From Patescibacteria group bacterium (GTDB lineage Bacteria > Patescibacteriota > Patescibacteriia > SG8-24): a DNA stretch of 64,000 nt. Positions 57,158 through 64,000 of the stretch are shown here, piece after piece. Both the position numbers and the translations under genes were made by a program. Within the stretch, counting starts at the first letter, position 1. The number at the start of each line of letters is the position of its first letter. The stretch spans positions 14,609 through 78,608 of the forward strand of contig JAQTNC010000002.1 in assembly GCA_028714475.1 (NCBI GenBank), written 5' to 3'. A model generated the notes under the pieces. That model saw nothing but the letters and a program-made list of their open reading frames with translations. It was not told where the DNA came from and made no database searches.

Positions 57158-58663
57158 ATGAAAATCATCGTCACCCTAGACCAGCCGGAAACAATGCGCG
57201 CCGACCTGATCGTCGTGCCCTTATCAAGCGAAGCCAAGCGCTTGCCCGTCGCCGCCGCGCCGCTGGATAAGTCCCTGAACGGCCAGCTCACCAAACTCAT
57301 CGCGGAAGAGAAACTAACCGGCAAGGCCGGCGAATACGCCTTGCTGAAATCCAACGGCCGCGTGGCGGCGGAAAAGATCATGTTGCTCGGAGCGGGTGCC
57401 AGGAAGCTCGACGCCAAAGCCGCCCGGAAATTCGCCGCCTTGGCCGTACAGAAGGCCCGCGTCGTCCACGCGAAGAGCCTCGCCCTCCTGATCCCTGACG
57501 CGGACGCGAAGGAAATGGCCGCGGTCGCCGAAGCCCTGACCGAAGGCGCGATTCTCGGGGATTACCGCTTCCTCAAATACCGTTCGGAAGAGGCCAAGAA
57601 GCACGCCGAGGGAACGGTTGAGGCGTTGGCGCTTGCCGTGACGAATCGCCAGACAAAAGTCGCCGCGGAAAAAGGCGTCGTCACCGGGCAATTGCTGGCC
57701 AAGGCGACGGTCTTCGCCCGCGAGCTAATCAACGAACCGGCATCAGTCACGACCCCGACCCGCCTCATGGAAACCGCCCGGGTCTTGGCCGCCGGAAGCA
57801 AGCGCGTCAGCGTCAAGGTTTTCGACCGGGCGCAAATGGAAGAGATGGGCATGGGCGGACTCTTGGGTGTCGCCCGTGGTTCGGACGAGCCGCCATATCT
57901 CGTCCACCTGACCTACAAGCCTGTCGGCAAGGCCAAGCGGCGCATCGCGGTCGTCGGCAAGGGCCTCACCTTCGACTCCGGCGGTCTGTCGCTCAAGCCA
58001 GCCGAGGCGATGGAGGACATGAAAATCGACATGTCCGGTGCCGCCGCCGTCCTGGGCGTCTTCAGCGCCATCGCCGAAATCAATCCGGCCTGCGAGGTTC
58101 ATGGCATCATCGGCCTGTGCGAGAACATGCCGTCCGGCAAAGCCGTGAAGCCCGGCGATGTCCTTCACACCATGTCCGGAAAGACGGTCGAGATTCTCAA
58201 CACCGATGCCGAGGGTCGCATCACCCTCGCCGACACCCTGCATTACGCGCAACAGCAGAAACCCGACTATGTCATAGACCTCGCCACGCTCACCGGCGCC
58301 TGCATGGTGGCGCTCGGCCAGGAAGTCGCCGGCCTCATGAGCAATTCGCGCGCGCTCGCCGACCGTTTGCTCTCCGCCGCCGACCGCGCCGGAGAACTGA
58401 TGTGGGAACTGCCGCTCACCGAGGAATACCGCGACTCCCTCAAGAGCCGCGTCGCCGACCTCAAGAACATCACGGGCACGCGCTACGGCGGTGCCATCAC
58501 CGCCGGTCTCTTCCTCCAGGAATTCGTCCGACCCAGCCAGGCCTGGGCGCACCTCGACATCGCCGGCCCGGCCTGGGCGGAAAAAGACACCGTGCCGCAC
58601 CAGCCCATCGGGGGCGTTGGCTATGGCGTGAGGACCGTGCTACGCTTGATACAGAATCTCTAA
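57158..58663 (+). CDS. pepA: Leucyl aminopeptidase (M17)
   Basis: GKGLTFDSGG, NTDAEGR, WAHLDIAG. Confidence 0.96.
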   Translation: MKIIVTLDQPETMRADLIVVPLSSEAKRLPVAAAPLDKSLNGQLTKLIAEEKLTGKAGEYALLKSNGRVAAEKIMLLGAGARKLDAKAARKFAALAVQKARVVHAKSLALLIPDADAKEMAAVAEALTEGAILGDYRFLKYRSEEAKKHAEGTVEALALAVTNRQTKVAAEKGVVTGQLLAKATVFARELINEPASVTTPTRLMETARVLAAGSKRVSVKVFDRAQMEEMGMGGLLGVARGSDEPPYLVHLTYKPVGKAKRRIAVVGKGLTFDSGGLSLKPAEAMEDMKIDMSGAAAVLGVFSAIAEINPACEVHGIIGLCENMPSGKAVKPGDVLHTMSGKTVEILNTDAEGRITLADTLHYAQQQKPDYVIDLATLTGACMVALGQEVAGLMSNSRALADRLLSAADRAGELMWELPLTEEYRDSLKSRVADLKNITGTRYGGAITAGLFLQEFVRPSQAWAHLDIAGPAWAEKDTVPHQPIGGVGYGVRTVLRLIQNL

Positions 58664-58679
58664 CCTCCCATATCGCTAT

Positions 58680-58916
58680 ATGGCCAAGTCCGTCATTGTT
58701 TACTCAACGCCCACGTGTCCCTACTGCAAGATGGCAAAAGCGTTCCTTGATGAGAAAGGCGTTAAATATGCGGATATTGACGTGTCCACAGACCGACAGG
58801 CGGCCGAACAGATGGTGGAGAAAAGCAGTCAATTCGGCGTCCCGGTGTTGGAAATTGATGGGGAAATCGTCGTCGGCTTCGACAAGGAGGCGATTGCCAA
58901 GGCACTCGGCATCTAA
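58680..58916 (+). CDS. Glutaredoxin (NrdH/YruB-like)
   Basis: CPYC, GVPV, VGFD. Confidence 0.93.
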   Translation: MAKSVIVYSTPTCPYCKMAKAFLDEKGVKYADIDVSTDRQAAEQMVEKSSQFGVPVLEIDGEIVVGFDKEAIAKALGI

Positions 58917-58930
58917 CAGCCAACGGAACC

Positions 58931-58961
58931 AAAAACACCCGGCCGATGGTCGGGTGTTTTT
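58931..58961. terminator. Bidirectional terminator between grx and sod
   Basis: aaaaacacccggcc-gat-ggtcgggtgttttt. Confidence 0.85.
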
Positions 58962-58969
58962 GATTTCCT

Positions 58970-59563
58970 CTACTTCAGCCCGTATTTTTCGATGACGCCG
59001 TTCGGCACGGACCAATCGATGTTCTGCAGGAACGCCTCGAGGTATTTCTTGCGCGCCGTGGCGTAATCGAGGAAGTAGGCGTGCTCATAGACGTCGAGAA
59101 CCAAGAGGGGAATGGCGCCCCAGACGCCGCCTTGGTCGTGGCGTTCGCAAACGTAGTTGCGGAGCCGGCCTTCGTTCAGATCGTAGGCGAGCACGACCCA
59201 GCCGCGGCTCGACAGTCCGTTCGCGATCATCTCCTCCTGCCAGCGCTCCAGCGAACCGAAGTCGCGCTCGATCATCTCGGCGATACGGCCTTCAGGCTTG
59301 GAACCGCCCGGCGTGAGGTTGTCAAAAAAGCGCTCATGCAGGACAACGCCGTTCACCGCGAAAACCTCCTCCACCTTTAACTCGCGCCAGGCACCATAAG
59401 TGCCGTTGGCCGAAGCCAGATCCGCCGTCCCCAAAGCCTCGCGAATCTCGTTCGTCTTCTTGACGTAGCCGGCGTAAAGCACGTCATGGTGCTCGGCGAG
59501 CTGGCGCTCGGACAGGCCGGGCAGGCCTTTGTATTTTAATGGTTTTAGAGTCATGTCCGACAT
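58970..59563 (-). CDS. sod: Fe/Mn superoxide dismutase
   Basis: HH..LY.GYV, LHERFF, DVYEHAY. Confidence 0.93.
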   Translation of the reverse strand: MSDMTLKPLKYKGLPGLSERQLAEHHDVLYAGYVKKTNEIREALGTADLASANGTYGAWRELKVEEVFAVNGVVLHERFFDNLTPGGSKPEGRIAEMIERDFGSLERWQEEMIANGLSSRGWVVLAYDLNEGRLRNYVCERHDQGGVWGAIPLLVLDVYEHAYFLDYATARKKYLEAFLQNIDWSVPNGVIEKYGLK

Positions 59564-59694
59564 AATGTTGTCGTTATCGGCGGTTTCTCCGCCGCTGACC
59601 GTATTGTATCATTGTTCGTTGCCGTTGACAGGCTGGGCGATGTTTGTTTAAGTGTCTCCGGACGCGACCTCGTCGCAACACCGGAGAAAAGCCC

Positions 59695-59853
59695 ATGACC
59701 ATCCTCGGGATCGAAGCCAACTTGTTCGTTTCGTGCGTCGGCGGCGCCGCCGGTCTCGCCATCGTGGCGATAGCCGTTTTGAAGGGGAGGATGGGCCAGC
59801 CCTGCCGACCCAAGCCCAGAATGAGGCCAGTGACCTCAAGACGATGGGGGTGA
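59695..59853 (+). CDS. Putative single-TM microprotein (52 aa)
   Basis: TTGACA at 59625, ggag RBS, hydrophobic core, basic tail. Confidence 0.5.
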   Translation: MTILGIEANLFVSCVGGAAGLAIVAIAVLKGRMGQPCRPKPRMRPVTSRRWG

Positions 59854-60013
59854 GGCCACCTCCGGTTAACCGCTTGGTTGACCGGAAAAAGGACCGCTTG
59901 TCAACTCGACAACGCGGTTTTTTGTTTATTTATGCGAACCTGAGCCAATTCGTCCTCTGCCCCTTGACTATAAACGAAAAACATGCCATAATGTTCCTAT
60001 CCTAGGAGGACTC

Positions 60014-60163
60014 ATGGACTTCGGAAGATTTACAGTCGCGCAACTCGACCAGACCCTCTGCTACGCCCCCTTCGTATTGCTGCTCGGCGCCGCCGTGGTG
60101 ATAATCGGCGGGGTCGCCGTGGCTCTCTGGTACCGCGGTTCCTGGAAGAGCCCCGAACAGTGA
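60014..60163 (+). CDS. Single-TM microprotein (49 aa), absent from ORF track
   Basis: TTGACT(59964)-17-CATAAT(59987), RBS aggagg, MDFGRFTVAQLDQTLCYAPFVLLLGAAVVIIGGVAVALWYRGSWKSPEQ. Confidence 0.7.
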   Translation: MDFGRFTVAQLDQTLCYAPFVLLLGAAVVIIGGVAVALWYRGSWKSPEQ

Positions 60164-60312
60164 ACGACGGCGCGTTGCGCCACCAACTCCCAGCTGCTGC
60201 TTGGCTGGATCACCGGACCACCGTGCTTCGCGCATGGGGTCCGTTTCAATTTACGGAAAAGGCCGTGATATTGATAATTCCTCCGGACGCTGGTATTTTT
60301 TGGTAGTTATCT

Positions 60313-61494
60313 ATGTACGACGCCATCATCATCCATGTCGGCGAACTGGTGCTCAAGGGCGGCAACCGCGGTCGCTTCGAGCAATGCCTCATCACCAATC
60401 TCCACCGCCAACTCGAAGGGTTGGGCGTTTTCAAAATGGCCATGAGACAGGCGAGCCTGGTGATGACGCCGGCGAGCGGCCCGATTGATGCCGAACAAGC
60501 CGAGAAAATCCGCCGCCGTCTCCGCGCGGTTTTCGGCATCGCGAAATTCATGTTCGTGAAGAAGACGCCGCGCGACATCGAGGCCATGGGCGCCGCCGCC
60601 GCGACCATCGCCGCGGCCTCCGGCGCCGCGACCTTCAAGGTCATCACGCGCCGCAGCGACAAAACCTTCCCGCATCCGTCCATGGAAGTGAGCCGCCTCG
60701 TCGGGGCCGCCGTGCTCGATGCCGTACCGGGCATCAAGGTGGATGTCCACGAGCCGAAAATGGAACTGCGCGTCGAAATCGCCTCGAGGGCGGCCTACGT
60801 CTCGCCGGGCTTGGAGAATGGCGCCGGCGGCCTGCCGGTCGGTTCGTCCGGCCGCGTCGTGGCCCTTCTCTCCGGCGGCATCGATTCGCCGGTCGCGGCC
60901 TGGAAGGCGCTCAAGCGCGGCTGTGAGGTCATCTACGTGCATTTCCACAGCTACCCGTTCGTTGACCGCCGCTCGGTCGAGAAGGCGCGCCGCCTCGCCG
61001 AAGCGCTCGCGCCGTGGCAACCGGACGCCAAGATGTATCTCGTCCCGTTCGGCGAATTCCAACGCGAGGTCGTGGCCAAGTGCGACCCGTCCATGCGCAT
61101 CGTGCTCTATCGCCGGATGATGGTGCGCATGGCTGAAGTCATCGCCCGCCGCGAAGGCGCGCTCGGCATCTTCACGGGCGACAGCATCGGGCAAGTCGCG
61201 TCACAAACGCTCGAAAACCTGGAAACTGTGACCGCCGCCGCCAAACTGCCCATCTACCGACCGCTCGTCGGCGACGACAAGGAGGAAATCATCACTTTCG
61301 CCAAACGCATCGGCACCTACGCCATCGCCATCGAGCCGCACGACGACTGCTGCAGCCTGTTCATGCCCCCGCGTCCGGCCACCAAGGCGACCGTCGCGAG
61401 GGCCGAGGCGGAAGAGGCGCGTTTGGACATCGGCCGATTTCAGGACGAAATGCTTACCCAAGCCGAACTGGTCACAATAGGCTATAATCAATAG
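60313..61494 (+). CDS. thiI: tRNA 4-thiouridine synthase (no rhodanese domain)
   Basis: GELVLKGGNR, THUMP domain, LLSGGIDSPVA, GQVASQT, DDCC. Confidence 0.95.
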   Translation: MYDAIIIHVGELVLKGGNRGRFEQCLITNLHRQLEGLGVFKMAMRQASLVMTPASGPIDAEQAEKIRRRLRAVFGIAKFMFVKKTPRDIEAMGAAAATIAAASGAATFKVITRRSDKTFPHPSMEVSRLVGAAVLDAVPGIKVDVHEPKMELRVEIASRAAYVSPGLENGAGGLPVGSSGRVVALLSGGIDSPVAAWKALKRGCEVIYVHFHSYPFVDRRSVEKARRLAEALAPWQPDAKMYLVPFGEFQREVVAKCDPSMRIVLYRRMMVRMAEVIARREGALGIFTGDSIGQVASQTLENLETVTAAAKLPIYRPLVGDDKEEIITFAKRIGTYAIAIEPHDDCCSLFMPPRPATKATVARAEAEEARLDIGRFQDEMLTQAELVTIGYNQ

Positions 61495-61572
61495 TGCTGA
61501 AGCGGGGAAGTGCTGGAGTAATGAAGAGCAAAAAATCTTCAGTACTTCAGCACTCCAGAACTCCAGCACTCC
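61493..61572. repeat. Octamer-periodic inverted repeat element, copy 2
   Basis: agtgctga/agtgctgg units versus ttcagcac/tccagcac units. Confidence 0.7.
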
Positions 61573-61581
61573 TGCGCTCCC

Positions 61582-62277
61582 ATGCTTTACCTCATCGCCA
61601 CGCCCATCGGCAACCTCGAAGACATGACCTTCCGCGCCGTCGAGACCATCAAGAATCTCGACGTGCTTTTCTGCGAGGACACGCGGCAGACCAAGCGCCT
61701 GCTTGACCGTTACGGCCTGAGGGTCGCGCTCGACTCCTACCGCGAGGAGGCACACGCGCGCAAGGCGGAACGGATGATTGAGCTGCTGCAGGAAGGAAAA
61801 AATGTCGGTCTCGTGAGCGATGCCGGCACGCCGGGCGTCTCCGATCCCGGCGGACGACTCGTCGCGGCGGTTGTTGAACGCCTGCCGAACGTGAATATCA
61901 TCCCAATACCCGGCCCCTCGGCGGTCGCCGCCATCGTCTCCGTCGCCGGCTTTGGCGGAAACGGCTTCACCTTCCTCGGCTTTCCGCCAAACCAGAAAGG
62001 CCGCCAGTCCTTCATCAGGGAAGCGCTTGACGAGCCCCGCACCGTCATCCTCTACGAATCGCCTCACCGGATAAGCAAGCTGCTCGAAAGCATCAGGGAA
62101 ATCTCGCCGGACCGAAACCTGGTCGTCGGACGCGAACTGACCAAACTCCACGAAACGATTTACCGCGGCACGGCCGCCGAAATCATTTCGGCCATAAAGA
62201 AAACCAGCGACAAAGGCGAATTTGCCATCGCCATCGAGAGCGCGAGACACGGACAGCGTCGCTTGAATACGAATTAA
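61582..62277 (+). CDS. rsmI: 16S rRNA C1402 2'-O-methyltransferase
   Basis: LYLIATPIGNLED, CEDTR, SDAGTP, YESPHR, RELTK.HE. Confidence 0.96.
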   Translation: MLYLIATPIGNLEDMTFRAVETIKNLDVLFCEDTRQTKRLLDRYGLRVALDSYREEAHARKAERMIELLQEGKNVGLVSDAGTPGVSDPGGRLVAAVVERLPNVNIIPIPGPSAVAAIVSVAGFGGNGFTFLGFPPNQKGRQSFIREALDEPRTVILYESPHRISKLLESIREISPDRNLVVGRELTKLHETIYRGTAAEIISAIKKTSDKGEFAIAIESARHGQRRLNTN

Positions 62278-62312
62278 TATTCTGGCCCGACCTTGTGGAG
62301 GGCCAAGAGCCG

Positions 62313-62349
62313 TAACCCCTCGACTACGCTTCGCTCCGCTCGGGGAATA
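62313..62349. repeat. REP-like intergenic palindrome
   Basis: cccctcgactacgcttcgctccgctcgggg. Confidence 0.45.
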
Positions 62350-62357
62350 ACCTCACT

Positions 62358-63887
62358 ATGTCGAGCAAATTTTTCCTCACCACCCCCATCTACTACGTTA
62401 ACGACGTGCCGCATATCGGACACTACTACACGACCGTGGCCGCGGACGTGTTGGCGCGCTGGCATCGCCTCAAAGGCGATGACGTTTTCCTGCTGACCGG
62501 CACCGACGAGAACAGCCAGAAAAATGTCGAGGCGGCCGCCAAGCGCGGCTACGACGAAACGCGCATCCAAGAATACCTCGATGAGATGGCCGCCAACTGG
62601 CGCCAGACCTGGGACAAACTCGGCATCAGCTACGACGGCTTCATCCGCACGACCGAAGACCGCCACAAGGCCGGCGTCGCCCAATTCTGGAAGGCCGTCG
62701 CCGCGAAAGGCGACATCTACCAAGGAGAATACTCCGGCCTCTACTGCCCGGGTTGCGAGGCGTTCGTGCGCGAATCCGACCTTGTGGACGGCAAATGCCC
62801 GATCCATAAGAAGGAACCGCAGGTCATCAAGGAGAAGAACTATTTCTTCAGGCTGTCGGCCTATCGCGAACAACTGCTCAAGCACATCGATGAGCACCCG
62901 GAATTCATCCAGCCGACGAGCCGCCGCAACGAAGTCCGAAGCTACATCGACAAGTTCATGGAGGACATTTCCATCACCCGCGAATCCGTGAAGTGGGGGA
63001 TACCGGTGCCTGGCGACGAAGCCAACGTCATCTACGTCTGGTTCGACGCGCTCATCAACTACTTGACCGGCGTCGGTTACGGCTCAAACGAGCAGGAGTA
63101 CCGGAAACGTTGGCCCGCCCAGCTGCATCTCGTCGGCAAGGACATCATCAAGTTCCACTGCGCGCTCTGGCCGGCCATGCTCTTGTCGGCCGGCGTGCCG
63201 CTGCCGGAACGAGTTTTCGCCCACGGCTTCTTCACCATCGACGGCGTCAAGATGTCCAAGTCGCTCGGCAACGTGGTGGATCCGCTCGCGGTTTCCGAAA
63301 AATACGGCCGTGATGTCGTCCGCTTCTTTCTCCTGCGCGAAATCACCTTCGGCGAGGATGGCGACTTCTCCTTCGCCCGCTTGGAACAGCGCTACAACTC
63401 CGACCTCGGCAACGACCTCGGCAACCTTCTGCATCGCGTCCTCTCCATGACGGAAAAATACTTTGACGGGAAAGTTCCTGAAGCCGCCCAATGTGCCGAG
63501 GCGCCGGTTGACCAGGCCAAAACGTGGGAACGCTACGAGGCGGCCATGTCAAAACTGGATTTTGGTGACGCCCTCGACGCCATCTGGGAGGATTTGCGCT
63601 GGGACAACAAGCACATCGACGAGGTGAAACCCTGGACGCTCGCCAAGACCGACCGCGCCGAGCTGGCCAAGGTCATGTATTATCTGCTCGAGCACCTGCG
63701 GCAGACCGCATGGCTGCTTCGGCCCTTCGTCCCGGAAATATCCGAAAAAATCCTGTTGCAGCTCGGCGTCGCCGAGGCGGAAGGGAAAAAATCGCTAGAA
63801 GAAGCAAAGGTTTGGGGTGGCCTTCCGATTGGTGGTACAATAGCCAAAGGAGAGCCGTTATTCCCGAGACGAGAAGATAAGCAGTAG
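62358..63887 (+). CDS. metG: Methionine--tRNA ligase
   Basis: TTPIYY, HIGH, YVWFDAL, KMSKS. Confidence 0.98.
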   Translation: MSSKFFLTTPIYYVNDVPHIGHYYTTVAADVLARWHRLKGDDVFLLTGTDENSQKNVEAAAKRGYDETRIQEYLDEMAANWRQTWDKLGISYDGFIRTTEDRHKAGVAQFWKAVAAKGDIYQGEYSGLYCPGCEAFVRESDLVDGKCPIHKKEPQVIKEKNYFFRLSAYREQLLKHIDEHPEFIQPTSRRNEVRSYIDKFMEDISITRESVKWGIPVPGDEANVIYVWFDALINYLTGVGYGSNEQEYRKRWPAQLHLVGKDIIKFHCALWPAMLLSAGVPLPERVFAHGFFTIDGVKMSKSLGNVVDPLAVSEKYGRDVVRFFLLREITFGEDGDFSFARLEQRYNSDLGNDLGNLLHRVLSMTEKYFDGKVPEAAQCAEAPVDQAKTWERYEAAMSKLDFGDALDAIWEDLRWDNKHIDEVKPWTLAKTDRAELAKVMYYLLEHLRQTAWLLRPFVPEISEKILLQLGVAEAEGKKSLEEAKVWGGLPIGGTIAKGEPLFPRREDKQ

Positions 63888-63946
63888 GTTCTAGGTGCTA
63901 GAACATAATCACTAGAACCTAGTAACTAGAACCTAACCTCCACCCC

Positions 63947-64000
63947 ATGACCCCCATCGACATCGCCATTCTCGTCATGCTCGGCTGTTTTGTGCTGGCC
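63947..64000 (+). CDS. Partial membrane protein, CvpA-like N-terminus (runs off window)
   Basis: MTPIDIAILVMLGCFVLA. Confidence 0.45.
   Translation, partial: MTPIDIAILVMLGCFVLA

Overview
A 64 kb, mostly + strand, GC-rich bacterial chromosomal segment. Gene content and style (scattered type IV pilin genes, a short GlgP, few Shine-Dalgarno sites, many TGnTATAAT promoters) suggest a Patescibacteria/CPR genome; this is an inference. Bases ~1-14 kb are an accessory patchwork. It holds an AT-rich HEPN-like gene plus an RloC-like anticodon nuclease, a truncated recombinase-like tail, zinc-finger microproteins, a hydrolase, an aminotransferase-alanine dehydrogenase pair and a two-component system. 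Its junctions are repeatedly marked by copies of GGGGTCAGGTCTTG. The rest is housekeeping, envelope and redox genes: radC, ribA, greA-like, NRAMP, ABC-F, a MacAB-like exporter, glgP, an ODP-like di-iron protein with a kinase, an ECF sigma cluster, rsmE, Rrf2-sufBDSUC, pepA, grx, sod, thiI, rsmI and metG. The most striking unexplained element is a ~525 nt non-coding unit at ~23008-23534. It has its own consensus sigma70 promoter and terminator, folds by eye into nested G-U-rich helices, matches no RNA class I recognise, and sits back-to-back with a cytoplasmic Zn-dependent P1/PLC-fold gene. No CRISPR array, rRNA or tRNA was seen. All structure calls are manual; no searches were run.
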